A model generated the notes under the pieces. It was not told the DNA's origin. It did not search any database and saw only the letters and a list, made by a program, of their open reading frames with translations. Shown in pieces: positions 18,963 through 28,590 of a DNA stretch of 32,000 nucleotides. This DNA comes from Dubosiella newyorkensis. Its GTDB lineage: Bacteria > Bacillota_I > Bacilli_A > Erysipelotrichales > Erysipelotrichaceae. A program made the translations under genes and the position numbers. How positions within the stretch are numbered: the stretch's first letter is position 1; the number at the start of each line of letters is the position of its first letter. The stretch is from positions 30,001-62,000 of the forward strand of contig NZ_MPKA01000062.1 of the NCBI RefSeq assembly GCF_001945605.1, given 5' to 3'.

Positions 18963-20910
18963 GTTTCTTCAGATCCTCCTTGATTTTATCCAACAGCTCT
19001 TCTTTGAGCTTTTCTACCGTAGTGTCTTTTCTTTCCAGGGCGGCTGCGGCGAAATGACCGCCACCATTCATTTTTTCCATGATCTTTTGTACATTGAATG
19101 TTCCATCGCTTCGGGCGCTGATCGCCACGCTGTGGTTTTTTGTATTCGCGATCGTAAATGATGCGGTGCATCCTTTGATCTTGAGCAAGCTGTCTGAAAC
19201 TTGGGCCATCATCGTTCGATCCAGCTCTTTGTCGTCGATCGCCGCGATCATAAAGTGACCAAAGTAAGGCTCGCCTCGCGCCACCAGTTCTGTTTTCAAG
19301 CGGAAATTGCTAAAATCTTCGCAGAGCGCTTTTTCTGCCAGATTGGCGTTGGCGCCCCATCGTCTTAGAACGGCCGCTGTATCGAATGTGCGGGCGGATG
19401 TATGCATCTTAAATCGGTTCGTGTCGATGATCAATCCTAAATATAATATGGTCGCTTCGGCTTCGAAGACAGGTATATGATTCGGGAGCGAGTCGATCAT
19501 TTCTACGATCAGCTCGCACGTCGAAGAAGCTTGCGATTCTACATAGGTGATCAAAGGATGGATCACAAAATGTTCGTTGCGTCGATGATGGTCGATCACG
19601 ATTACTTTTTCGAATTGATCGACCAGCTCGCGGGCGCTTGAAATATTTGGCATTCCATGATCGACCATGATCAATAGATCTTTTTTCGAATCGATCATAT
19701 CGGTCGCTTTGTTGGCTGTGATAAACGTATAGCGATCATGAATAGCCTGCTTATAGAAATCCATTGTCTCTTGGAGCTGCTGATCGCGTGGAACATTCTG
19801 CAAGATGATAAAGGCTTGTTTTTTTAGCGCCTTAGCCCAATTGGACATCGCTAGAGCGGCGCCCATACAATCGAAGTCTGTATTGACATGGCCTGCGATA
19901 AAAACTCTGTCGCACTCTTTCATCGCTTCTTGGATCGATTGAGCCATGATGCGGACCCTTACTTTAGAGCGTTGCGAACTCGTTTCGGAATTTCCGCCAA
20001 TATAGTGAACTTTGTGTCCGGCTTGCTGGAGGGCGGCCTGGTCCCCGCCTCTACTTTGCGCAAGCTCCATCAATTCATTGAGCATCGAGTCGAGATACTC
20101 GTAATCATTGGTTCCATACGCCATCGCGATGCTGAGCGTGATCGATACATCGATCTTATTGGCTTCATCTTTGATGATCTGTAAAATATTGAAGTTTTCT
20201 TGCCGGATCGTCTCCAAAATATCGCGGTTCAAGAGCACAAAAATACGATCCGAACGAATACGGCGAATAAGGAGATGGTGCTCTTTTGCCCAAGAGATCA
20301 GCGGGGTGCGCAAATGTGTGTTGATCTTCGAGACGATCTCTTCGTTTTCATACGACTGGTATTCAAGGTAGTTGTCTAGCTGCATGAGGCCGACGACAAC
20401 TTGGTTTTCCCATTGTTCTTTGCGAAGCCCATACAATTCGGTGATATCGTGAACATATAAAACTTGGGCTTCTTCTTTTTTTAAGATCTCATAGACATGT
20501 CCTTGATCGAAGCCGATGACTGAATCGATATCTTCATCAAAGATGTCGCGGATATTTTCAATCCAGCTGGTCACTTTTTTATTGACGAGCGAGATGTCGC
20601 GTTGGGCGAAGAAATCGCTTGTCCAAGTCGCGACAAATTCATCGTTGTAGGTAATGATCCCGACTTCGCCGATTTTAAGAGCGTCTTTGGCGTCTTTTCC
20701 TAAAATGCGGGAGATATCGAATTCCGTTTTCACTCCTCGTACTTTGATCGCATGCCAAAAGCTGATAAAGATCGCGATAAACAATAGAGCGATTAAAATG
20801 AGCAAGATCGACGAGATCCACTGTTTTTGTAGGACCTGAAAAATAAAGAGGCAGATGACCAGTACGGAGAGCCCGATCATCATATTGCGCCATTTTGTAA
20901 AATACTTCAT
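18934..20910 (-). CDS. gdpP: GdpP/YybT-type c-di-AMP phosphodiesterase (2 TM + PAS-like + degenerate GGDEF + DHH/DHHA1)
   Basis: 658 aa with two N-terminal TM helices. The DHH motifs are [15 protein letters not shown] and VIVIDHHRR, and the DHHA1 motif is GGGHFAAAA. The yybS-gdpP-rplI-dnaB synteny is conserved. Confidence 0.9.
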   Translation of the reverse strand: MKYFTKWRNMMIGLSVLVICLFIFQVLQKQWISSILLILIALLFIAIFISFWHAIKVRGVKTEFDISRILGKDAKDALKIGEVGIITYNDEFVATWTSDFFAQRDISLVNKKVTSWIENIRDIFDEDIDSVIGFDQGHVYEILKKEEAQVLYVHDITELYGLRKEQWENQVVVGLMQLDNYLEYQSYENEEIVSKINTHLRTPLISWAKEHHLLIRRIRSDRIFVLLNRDILETIRQENFNILQIIKDEANKIDVSITLSIAMAYGTNDYEYLDSMLNELMELAQSRGGDQAALQQAGHKVHYIGGNSETSSQRSKVRVRIMAQSIQEAMKECDRVFIAGHVNTDFDCMGAALAMSNWAKALKKQAFIILQNVPRDQQLQETMDFYKQAIHDRYTFITANKATDMIDSKKDLLIMVDHGMPNISSARELVDQFEKVIVIDHHRRNEHFVIHPLITYVESQASSTCELIVEMIDSLPNHIPVFEAEATILYLGLIIDTNRFKMHTSARTFDTAAVLRRWGANANLAEKALCEDFSNFRLKTELVARGEPYFGHFMIAAIDDKELDRTMMAQVSDSLLKIKGCTASFTIANTKNHSVAISARSDGTFNVQKIMEKMNGGGHFAAAALERKDTTVEKLKEELLDKIKEDLKKHESNIVERR

Positions 20911-21782
20911 ATACCGTTTTCCTTTTTAGAGCGCCGATGTCGAAGCGAAAGCAGACAATCGAGTTCCCCCAGCCCGATGCTGATCAAGCAAAGAGGCGGA
21001 ATAAAGCCTAGCAAGATCGCAAAAAATGTCCACTGTCTTTTTCGATGGGCGATGCAATAGTGGATCATATAGACGACGCCGTAATAATCAAGCGCCATGA
21101 GATCCAAAGCGAATGCGATCAAGATCAAGTCATTCGCCCTTTCTGAACATTCTATCACACTTTGAGAGGCAAGAAATACTACCAAAAGAATGATTGATCC
21201 AACTCCTAGCCACAATGGAGGCTTGATCTGCCATACTTTTTTCATCGGTACTGTTTCGATCTTCATCCGAATATAGATCATCATCGCTAAAAGATGGATG
21301 CAGATCGTCTGCAGCAAGGAAAGCAAGACGACCGTAAGCGTCAAGAAGACGAATAGATCGAGGAATGGAAAGATTTCGTGAAATAGCTTGAAATCTTCCA
21401 TGTAATCGAGCGCGAATATTTTGGCATACAGAAAGAAAATGAGCCAATAACTCAAGAATGACAGGATAAATACGCCGCCTAGCTTGAAGGCGCTCGTTTT
21501 TCTTTTCCATGTGCAGATTCCATAAAACAAGCCGATCAAGATCGATGTCCAGCTGTAGAACCATGTCGTAAAACCGCCAAACAATAGGGTTTCAAGGATC
21601 ATGCCGATCGCGCAGATGATCGAAGGATAGATCGGTTGTGTGCTTGCATAGATCAGGATCGGAAAGCAGAACGCCCAGGAAAAAGTTGTTTCGATAAATA
21701 AGCCGAATTGTTCATTCAGAAACAATAAAAGTGCATAGATAGCCATGACCATTGCACCTCTTGTTAATTGTTTTGTGTTCAT
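20907..21782 (-). CDS. YybS-like polytopic membrane protein (DUF2232 family)
   Basis: A 291-aa multi-TM protein immediately upstream of, and overlapping, gdpP. This is the position held by yybS in Bacilli. Start choice is uncertain because Met11 and Met13 follow an AAGAGGTG motif. Confidence 0.6.
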   Translation of the reverse strand: MNTKQLTRGAMVMAIYALLLFLNEQFGLFIETTFSWAFCFPILIYASTQPIYPSIICAIGMILETLLFGGFTTWFYSWTSILIGLFYGICTWKRKTSAFKLGGVFILSFLSYWLIFFLYAKIFALDYMEDFKLFHEIFPFLDLFVFLTLTVVLLSLLQTICIHLLAMMIYIRMKIETVPMKKVWQIKPPLWLGVGSIILLVVFLASQSVIECSERANDLILIAFALDLMALDYYGVVYMIHYCIAHRKRQWTFFAILLGFIPPLCLISIGLGELDCLLSLRHRRSKKENGI

Positions 21783-21811
21783 AGGTGTTATTATAAGCGA
21801 AAAAAAGACAC

Positions 21812-21836
21812 AAAAAAAGGCTCCAAGAGCCTTTTG
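21812..21836 (-). terminator. Rho-independent terminator after rpsR
   Basis: The minus strand reads AAGGCTC-ttg-GAGCCTT followed by T7. Confidence 0.7.
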
Positions 21837-21847
21837 TGACTTTATCC

Positions 21848-22078
21848 TTAGTCGACTACGTAAGGAAGAAGCGCCATCTGACGAGCGCGTTTGATCGCTG
21901 TCGACAACATTCTTTGGTATTTTGCGCGCGTTCCTGTTACACGTCTTGGAATGATCTTTCCGTTGGCGTTGATGAAACGTTTGAGCAATTCTACATCTTT
22001 ATAGTCGATTTCTTTGATTTTATTTTTTGTGAAATAGCAGACTTTTTTACGGCCCATGCGTTGTTTTTTAAATGCCAT
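21848..22078 (-). CDS. rpsR: 30S ribosomal protein S18
   Basis: [26 protein letters not shown]...[28 protein letters not shown]. Confidence 0.97.
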   Translation of the reverse strand: MAFKKQRMGRKKVCYFTKNKIKEIDYKDVELLKRFINANGKIIPRRVTGTRAKYQRMLSTAIKRARQMALLPYVVD

Positions 22079-22090
22079 CTTTAATCCTTT

Positions 22091-22594
22091 CTAGAATGGT
22101 AAATCATCGCTGGCGATATCCAGCGTATCGTTTTCATCGAAAGTTGAACTAAATCCTTGATCGAGCGGCGCCGAATAAGAATTTGAATTGTTCGAATAGG
22201 ATGGCTGATTGTTGTTGTACGAACCAGCGTATGGCTGTTGATAATTGTTGTTGCCATACGATGATTGCGACTGCGCGTTTTTTGGTTCCAAGAACTGTAC
22301 CGAATCCGTCACGACTTCTGTGACATACACTCTTTGCCCTTGCTGGTTCTCATAATTACGTGTCTGGATCCTACCTTCCACGCCGATCAAAGAGCCTTTA
22401 TGCAAATATTGAGCCATCAATTCGGCTGTTTTGTTCCACGCGACACAATTGATGAAATCCGCATCTGGTTGTCCAGGTTGCGCACTTCTTCGATTGACCG
22501 CGATCGTATAGGAAACAACGCTCGTTCCGCTTTGCGTCCTGCGCAACTCCGGATCCTTTGTCAACCGTCCTACCAATACTACTCGATTGATCAT
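22091..22594 (-). CDS. ssb: Single-stranded DNA-binding protein
   Basis: [20 protein letters not shown]-fold N-terminus, a Gly/Asn/Gln/Tyr-rich linker, and an acidic tail ending DDLPF. Confidence 0.97.
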   Translation of the reverse strand: MINRVVLVGRLTKDPELRRTQSGTSVVSYTIAVNRRSAQPGQPDADFINCVAWNKTAELMAQYLHKGSLIGVEGRIQTRNYENQQGQRVYVTEVVTDSVQFLEPKNAQSQSSYGNNNYQQPYAGSYNNNQPSYSNNSNSYSAPLDQGFSSTFDENDTLDIASDDLPF

Positions 22595-22609
22595 ATTTTT
22601 TTCCTCTAA

Positions 22610-22903
22610 TTACTTTTCGCTTTCCGTTTTCACGACCATGATACGAATGACCGAGTTGTTGATTCGGCAAAGACGTTGGAATTCTTCGATTCCTTCGTTG
22701 TTCGCTGTCAAGTTCACAACGATATAGTGTCCTTTTTTCATGTGGTCGATCTCATAGGCGAAATCACGAACTCCCCAGTCGTCGATCTTGTCGATCGTAC
22801 CGTTGTTGTCCGTAACCGACGCGAACAATCTTTTTTCAAGGGCATCCACTTGTGCCTCGTCTAAAGATGCGTTGACGATCATCATGACTTCATACTTTTT
22901 CAT
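22610..22903 (-). CDS. rpsF: 30S ribosomal protein S6
   Basis: MKKYEVMMIVNASLDEAQ... is the canonical S6 start, preceded by AAGGGAGGTG. The 32-codon N-terminal extension in the ORF track runs through the promoter and leader. Confidence 0.95.
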   Translation of the reverse strand: MKKYEVMMIVNASLDEAQVDALEKRLFASVTDNNGTIDKIDDWGVRDFAYEIDHMKKGHYIVVNLTANNEGIEEFQRLCRINNSVIRIMVVKTESEK

Positions 22904-22999
22904 GCGTACACCTCCCTTTGGACTATTTGGTTTCTTACGAAACAGAGAGCAAGCGCAAACTTGCTTAGACACCATACCACACTGCTTTTTAAAAATCAA
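22904..22999 (-). promoter_or_regulatory. rpsF promoter (TTGATT-17-TGgTATGGT) plus a roughly 60-nt structured 5' leader
   Basis: -35 at 22999-22994, -10 at 22976-22971 with an upstream TG. The leader hairpins are AGCAAG-tttgcg-CTTGCT (22965-22948) and GTTTC-gtaa-GAAAC (22943-22930). Confidence 0.55.
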
Positions 23000-23667
23000 C
23001 GCAAAACACGTTTGATTTTACGAATTTCACTTTTTTTGATAATAGGCACTCGCTCTTGTTGGATCTTTTCAAGCAGCAGATCGTCATTCATCAATACATC
23101 GTTTGTATCGACTCTTAAGCGTTTCACATTGGAAAAGAAGACACAGCCTTGAATTGGTACATGGATATGGAATGAATTGAGGGTCTTTGATAAAAGGTTG
23201 ATTTCTTGGGAAAGCTGCTTGAGCGGGTTTTTGAAATATTTGATCGACTTTCCGCGCTCTTGCCTCCATGTCGTCTGGTTTTTCTTTCCATAGATCGCGC
23301 CATGATGGTTTTTGACTTCGACTACATACAAGCCGTACACGCTGATCACGAGTAAGTCGATTTCGGAGCGGGCTCCTTCGACTTCAAGGGGGATCGTGCT
23401 ATAAACCGTATACTCTTTGGGCAGCTTTCGTAAAAGTGTAGCAGTCTTCTCCTCTCCTTCCAGCCCGCTCTTCAAGATCTTTGTCTTTCTTTGGCAAAAA
23501 AGAGCCAATACAAGGAAGAGGATCGCCCAGCCAACGCCATACCACACTTGATAATCAAACGATGCATAGATCGATAAAGCGGCAAACAGAAGCATCATCC
23601 AGAAAAGAAGCCGATATTTGCGGTATCGCATCCGGTTTGGGTTGAACGCGACTTTTTTGATCTTCAT
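22996..23667 (-). CDS. Membrane-anchored NERD (nuclease-related domain) protein
   Basis: Two N-terminal TM helices are followed by GLEGEEKTATLLRKL...EIDLLVISVYGLYVVEVKNHHGAIYG...W........NPLKQ...., which fits the NERD pattern (GxxGE...EIDhhhh...hhhhExK). Confidence 0.75.
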   Translation of the reverse strand: MKIKKVAFNPNRMRYRKYRLLFWMMLLFAALSIYASFDYQVWYGVGWAILFLVLALFCQRKTKILKSGLEGEEKTATLLRKLPKEYTVYSTIPLEVEGARSEIDLLVISVYGLYVVEVKNHHGAIYGKKNQTTWRQERGKSIKYFKNPLKQLSQEINLLSKTLNSFHIHVPIQGCVFFSNVKRLRVDTNDVLMNDDLLLEKIQQERVPIIKKSEIRKIKRVLR

Positions 23668-24479
23668 CGCTCTTCTTTCTGTTCCCGGATCCTTTCAGCA
23701 AGTCTTTTGGAAATGTTGAAAGCGCCGATCGGTGTATGTTGTGGGAACGCTTTAGAGAGCCGCTTTGTTTTTAGAAGGTCGATCTTGCGCATCGTCTCCT
23801 CGATCTGCGTGTTCCACATGTCGATTTCAGGACGATCATGCAGCCAGGAATCCATCTGGTTTTGGAGTTCTTCGATGCGGTATTGAGTTTTGGAAATCTT
23901 GAGTGCGGTGTCGGCTTCAAATTGGGCGAAGATCTTTTCCATTTGTGTATGGAGTCTTTGGAGCGTGTTTCTTCGCTTCATCAAATGAACGAGCGTCGTG
24001 ATCAGATCGATCGAGAAGGCGACCGTAAAAACGATCAAAAATAGGCGCATTTGATCGTCTGGGATCGAATCGGCCAGCTTTTCGACATACGGTTGGATGA
24101 TAAAGACGACGACAAGGGCCATCAAGCCAAATAGAGTTGAATTCAGCAAACAAATTCGTCCATTTAGATTGTATTTATAATGGGAATAGTCCCACCATTT
24201 TTCATGAAAGAGCGTTTCCATAAGCCAGCTTGTAAAATATTCAAGGGCGCTGGTCAGGATCATCCCGCCAAGAAAAACGAGGATCGGATGATTGCCTAGA
24301 GCTAATAGCGGATATAGGACGATCAGAGCGCCAAAGCCATAAATCGGGCAATAGGGGCCATATAAAAAGCCGCGGTTGACAAACTTCTTTTGTCCGATCC
24401 CGACATAGACATCTTCGCAAAGCCATCCTGCGATACTATAAAAAATGAAATAAAAATAGGCGTGCATCCAGTTGATCAT
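23664..24479 (-). CDS. DUF1113 / 'putative ABC-transporter type IV' family membrane protein with a C-terminal coiled-coil tail
   Basis: FIFYSIAGWLCEDVYVGI....FVNRGFLYGPYCPIYGFGA...LEYFTSWLMETLFHEKWWDYS....NLNGRICL matches the family core. The start is set at the ATG after GAGGAA (Met27 of the track ORF). There is an ATGA overlap with the NERD gene. Confidence 0.65.
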   Translation of the reverse strand: MINWMHAYFYFIFYSIAGWLCEDVYVGIGQKKFVNRGFLYGPYCPIYGFGALIVLYPLLALGNHPILVFLGGMILTSALEYFTSWLMETLFHEKWWDYSHYKYNLNGRICLLNSTLFGLMALVVVFIIQPYVEKLADSIPDDQMRLFLIVFTVAFSIDLITTLVHLMKRRNTLQRLHTQMEKIFAQFEADTALKISKTQYRIEELQNQMDSWLHDRPEIDMWNTQIEETMRKIDLLKTKRLSKAFPQHTPIGAFNISKRLAERIREQKEER

Positions 24480-24606
24480 ATGAGTTCCTCGCTTCGTTTC
24501 TATCGTATCATGATTTTTCTTAATTCGACAAAAACGTGCACAAATGACCAGATTCATTTTTGTTTTTGAAGGATTATGGTATGATGGACTCGAAAAGAGG
24601 TATGTT

Positions 24607-25842
24607 ATGAAACAAAAATTAACTCCATTGGAATATAAATGGATTTGTTATGACATTGGCAATTCCGCCTTTATTTTACTCGTTTCAACGATCTTGCCAA
24701 TTTATTTCAATTCCTTGTCTAGCGCGGCTGGCCTTGCTGAAAACGATTATTTGAGCTATTGGTCGTATGCGACAAGTATTTCGACGATCATTGTAGCTCT
24801 TCTAGGTCCTATTTTAGGAACGATCGCGGATTATAAAGGGAAAAAGAAGCGTATTTTCGCGACGAGCGCTTTTTTGGGCGCCCTTTCGCTGGCTTGTTTT
24901 TGGATTCCTTCGTATTGGTTGTCTTTTCTTGTTTTATATATAGTCGCTAAGATCTGCTACTCTTTGTCTCTTGTCTTCTATGATTCGATGCTTGTCGATG
25001 TCACGAAAGAAGAAAACATGGACGCTATCTCGACGCAAGGATATGCGTGGGGATATATTGGTAGCTGCATTCCTTTTATCATTTCTCTTGTTTTTGTGTT
25101 GATGAACGAAGCGATCGGCATTTCGATGCATACGGCTATGATGATCACGTTTATCTTGAACGCGCTTTGGTGGGTGCTCTTTACCCTTCCTTTATTTCGA
25201 TCGTATCGGCAGAAGCATTATATTGAGCCTGAGAAGCATGTGATCCATGATACGTTCGCGCGTTTGAAAAAGACGCTGACTTCGATCAAAAAACAAAAAA
25301 AGATCTTTTTGTTCTTGCTTTCATTCTTCTTTTATATTGATGGTGTCTACACGATCATCGATCTTGCGACCGCGTATGGCACAAGTCTAGGTCTAGATAC
25401 GACGGGTTTATTGTTGGCTTTATTGTTCACGCAGATCGTCGCTTTCCCGGCCAGCTTGACGTTTGCCAAGCTTTCTAAACAATACGATACGGCTAAACTG
25501 ATCCGGATCTGTATTTTCGCGTATTTTTTGATCACTGTTTTTGCTGTCCAGCTCGATGCTCTTTGGGAGTTCTGGGTTTTGGCTGGTGCGGTCGGATGTT
25601 TTCAAGGCGGGATCCAAGCTCTTTCTCGTTCGTATTTTGCGAAGATCATTCCTGAGAACGTAAGCGGAGAGTATTTTGGATTATTCGATATTTGTGGGAA
25701 GGGCGCAAGTTTTCTTGGGCTTCTCGTAGTCGGGATCGTGACCCAGTTCACTGGTCAGCAAAATTTAGGGGTCGCCGCCTTGATCTTCATGTTCTTGATC
25801 GGCTATTTCTTATTTTCTAAGGCGAGCAAGATCGAAGAATGA
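24607..25842 (+). CDS. MFS transporter, UMF1/Atg22-like family
   Basis: N-terminal EYKWICYDIGNSAFILLVSTILPIYF and about 12 TM segments. The start ATG lies 6 nt after AAGAGG. Confidence 0.7.
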   Translation: MKQKLTPLEYKWICYDIGNSAFILLVSTILPIYFNSLSSAAGLAENDYLSYWSYATSISTIIVALLGPILGTIADYKGKKKRIFATSAFLGALSLACFWIPSYWLSFLVLYIVAKICYSLSLVFYDSMLVDVTKEENMDAISTQGYAWGYIGSCIPFIISLVFVLMNEAIGISMHTAMMITFILNALWWVLFTLPLFRSYRQKHYIEPEKHVIHDTFARLKKTLTSIKKQKKIFLFLLSFFFYIDGVYTIIDLATAYGTSLGLDTTGLLLALLFTQIVAFPASLTFAKLSKQYDTAKLIRICIFAYFLITVFAVQLDALWEFWVLAGAVGCFQGGIQALSRSYFAKIIPENVSGEYFGLFDICGKGASFLGLLVVGIVTQFTGQQNLGVAALIFMFLIGYFLFSKASKIEE

Positions 25843-25942
25843 TTTCATTTTTTTCAAGCGCGAAGCGCATGCCTTTCGAAAGAACGTGATAAAATCATTT
25901 TGAGAATGAGTGTCTGTTCCCGTTTTGAAAGGAGAATCTACA

Positions 25943-26890
25943 ATGGCGCAAGGTTTATATGAAATTTTAGGTGTTCCGCAAAGCGCGGATGTCAAAGAGA
26001 TCAAAACCGCTTATAAAAAATTAGCGAAAAAATATCATCCGGATTTGAACCCTGGCGTGGATACGTCGGAAAAGATGAAAGAGATCAACAAAGCGTATGA
26101 GATCTTGACGGATGAAAAAAAGCGTCGTCTTTATGACGAGTACGGCGAAAAAGCGATCGAAGCCGATTTTAACGAAGATATTTTGAATTCTTACAAGTAT
26201 TCATGGTCCAATCAAGGAGGTCAAGGTCCATTTGGTCCGGGCAATGGCTGGCCATTTGGTTTCGATGATGATTTCCTCAACAATATGTTTGGTGGAGCGG
26301 GTCAAGGAAGAGGCGCTTCGTTCCATGACTATTACCAGCCGCAGCCAAGCAAAGGCGAAGATTATAACGCCGAGATCAGCATTGACTTTATGAAGGCTGT
26401 CAAAGGCGGTCCTGAAACGGTTTCTTTCATTATCAGCGATGGTTCTGGCCAGCATCCTGTCACTTATGAAGTGCAGATCCCGCAAGGCATCAAGGAAGGT
26501 CAAAAGATCCGTTTGGCTGGAAAAGGCGGTCCAGGCTATAATGGTGGTCCGAATGGCGATCTGTTCTTGAAGGTCAACATTCGTCCAGATGCGACGTTCA
26601 AGCGCGAAGGAAACGATATTTATGTCGATGTGACGATCGATTTTGTCGAAGCGATCTTAGGTGGACAAGCCACTGTCCCTACGTTGGATGGAAATGTGAC
26701 TTTGAAGATCCCGGCAGGAACGCAGCCCGATCAAAAGTTCAGGCTCCGTGGCAAAGGTATTCAAACGAAAAATGGCACGGGCGATGAATTCGCGCGGATC
26801 AAAGTTCGGATTCCAAAAGAGTTGAGCGATGAGCAAAAAGAACTCATTGAAAAATTCAAGGAAACTCAATCAAAACAAGATCAAGAATAG
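25943..26890 (+). CDS. J-domain co-chaperone, DnaJ class II / CbpA-like (no zinc-finger domain)
   Basis: J domain LYEILGVPQSADVKEIKTAYKKLAKKYHPDLNPG (HPD), a G/F-rich linker, and the DnaJ C-terminal beta-sandwich domains. No CxxCxGxG repeats. The start ATG follows AAAGGAG. Confidence 0.85.
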   Translation: MAQGLYEILGVPQSADVKEIKTAYKKLAKKYHPDLNPGVDTSEKMKEINKAYEILTDEKKRRLYDEYGEKAIEADFNEDILNSYKYSWSNQGGQGPFGPGNGWPFGFDDDFLNNMFGGAGQGRGASFHDYYQPQPSKGEDYNAEISIDFMKAVKGGPETVSFIISDGSGQHPVTYEVQIPQGIKEGQKIRLAGKGGPGYNGGPNGDLFLKVNIRPDATFKREGNDIYVDVTIDFVEAILGGQATVPTLDGNVTLKIPAGTQPDQKFRLRGKGIQTKNGTGDEFARIKVRIPKELSDEQKELIEKFKETQSKQDQE

Positions 26891-27036
26891 AATGAGCTGT
26901 TCGCTTTGACAGTGTCATTCTGTTACTTTTTTTCCAACAAGAAGTCTCTCTTATGAACAATAGAGGAGCTTCTTTTTATGTGACATTTAGGATCCAAAGA
27001 TTATCTTCGAATTTGTCATCATACGAATAAAAAGAA

Positions 27037-27078
27037 AGTGCCGCGATCTCCCGACTTAGGAAATTGCGGCACTTTTTA
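27037..27078. terminator. Candidate bidirectional terminator between the dnaJ-like and larA-like genes
   Basis: AGTGCCGC...GCGGCACT is an 8-bp GC-rich stem flanked by an A-run and T5. The 21-nt loop is long, so confidence is moderate. Confidence 0.45.
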
Positions 27079-27108
27079 ACTGACTTCTCTGGTTAGATTC
27101 TATTACAG

Positions 27109-28408
27109 CTATTGATCTGCGGTATTTTGGTTTTCTTTGACGACGATCGAGACACCATTTGGGATACATGTCAAAGTGGCGTCTTTGCCTTTCATGGCAT
27201 AGGCTTTTTCAAGCGCTGCTTCTAAAGTCGGCATATAGATCATCTTCAAGCCTTCGATCATTTCTTTCTGGCTTGGGTCGGCTACGAATAAGATGGGATG
27301 TTTGCGTGCGATTCTAGCTAAGATCTGCGAGCACCGTTGATCGGGTCTTGTTTGTGTTTGCTCTGTTGCTAAGAATTTTTGATACGCCGTTTCGATATCT
27401 GGCTCATCGGCGATGATATGATAAAAGAAATCGCCACCTGTTCCATCTTTGCACGATGCAAGCATGATGATCACGCCATCTTCCTTCACGGTTGCTTCCG
27501 CCGCGCTCATTCCTTTTGGCGACTGGTATGCATTTTGATCAAGCGGATAACCTCCATTGGTCGTGATCACTATATCGGCTTTTTTCGGCTCTACACATAC
27601 GTAAGGGTCTAGAAAGGCGCATCCTGCTTCGTGGGCTTTTTCAAAGTCTCCTGCGAATGCCGCGACTGTCTTTTTTTCTTCGTCGATCACGACATTTACG
27701 ATATAAGCAAGTTTTGCGAGTCGAGCTGCTTCGAGCATGTCTTTATGAATCGGATTATTTTTAAGGATGCCGGTGCGGGCGTTAGGATCGTCTATAAATT
27801 TTGAGCAATGATTGCCCATTACTGTAACTGCATCGGCGATTCCCGGAAGCACGCTTTTGCGTCCTCCTGAATATCCCGCAAAAAAATGGGGTTCGATAAA
27901 GCCTTCCGCGATCAATAAGTCGGTATGGATCGCCTCTTTATCGATTATACACGCAGGGCCTGAAGGAAGAGTGCCGACTTGTTCGTTTCGAGAAGGATCA
28001 TGGGCGTCATGAACGATGATCTTATCTTTGAACTGGGCGTATAATGTTTTTCCTAGTTTTGCTTGCAATTCTTCTGTGGAGGTTGGGCGGTGAAAGCCTG
28101 TCGCTACGAGCAGACGGATGTCGATCTTGGGATTGCCTTCTAAAAGTTCATTGATCATTTCCGGCAAAATATCTTGACTTGGCACTGGGCGTGTATGATC
28201 GCTAATAATGATCACACAGTCTTTTTTTTCCTCGTGCAAGTTCTTTAAGACGGGGTGAGCCGATCGGATGTTCCATGGCTTCTTTAACGAGTTGTCTTCC
28301 ATCGCGCTTGCTTTTGAGCTGATCGACTTTGGAGATTAAAACTGGCGTGTCATCAGACACCAGGATGTCTTGAGTCGTGGTGTCATAAAAAAAACGAACT
28401 TTCTTCAT
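27109..28408 (-). pseudogene. larA: LarA-family (DUF2088) nickel-pincer-dependent lactate racemase homolog interrupted by a +1 frameshift in an A8 run
   Basis: The N-terminal 60 aa are in the frame of ORF 28202-28408 (...AMEHPIGSPRLKELARGKK) and the rest is in the frame of ORF 27109-28302 (KKDCVIIISDHTRPVP...FFAGYSGGRKSVLPG...). The frames meet at plus-strand T8 28222-28229. Deleting one base gives ...LKELARGKKDCVIIISDHTRP. Length is 1300 nt, which is 1 mod 3. Confidence 0.8.
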
Positions 28409-28449
28409 ATGTATTCACCTACAATTGGTACTACCATTCCTTTGTCTTT

Positions 28450-28478
28450 ATTTTATGTAACCGCTTTCATCAATACAA
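28450..28478 (-). promoter_or_regulatory. larA promoter (TTGTAT-17-TAAAAT) with a consensus cre (CcpA) box in the spacer
   Basis: -35 at 28478-28473 and -10 at 28455-28450. TGTAACCGCTTTCA at 28456-28469 fits the cre consensus TGWAANCGNTNWCA at all constrained positions. The SD AGGTGA lies 6 nt before the ATG at 28408. Confidence 0.55.
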
Positions 28479-28590
28479 CTGTCACGCACAAAAAGAATTT
28501 TATCGATTTTACCTCGAATTCGTTATGAATATAATTAACTTTTTGGGCTCATTTTTTTGTTTTTTGTCGTATTGAATAGAAGAAGCGAGA

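Noticed and set aside
22904-22999. 32-codon N-terminal extension of rpsF (ORF-track start at 22999)
   Set aside because: The canonical S6 N-terminus MKKYEV begins at 22903 with a strong AAGGGAGGTG SD. The extension covers the promoter and leader and overlaps the NERD gene stop.
25843-25942. Possible CIRCE/HrcA operator or heat-shock control upstream of the dnaJ-like gene (short palindromes GCGCGAAGCGC, GCATGC, TTTCGAAA)
   Set aside because: Nothing matches TTAGCACTC-N9-GAGTGCTAA. The palindromes are 4-8 nt and compatible with chance or a weak MFS-gene terminator.
26953-27030. 25-codon ORF (MNNRGASFYVTFRIQRLSSNLSSYE) in the dnaJ-like/larA intergenic region
   Set aside because: It has no SD and no recognisable features, and it sits between convergent gene ends in terminator-type DNA. 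It is indistinguishable from a chance ORF.
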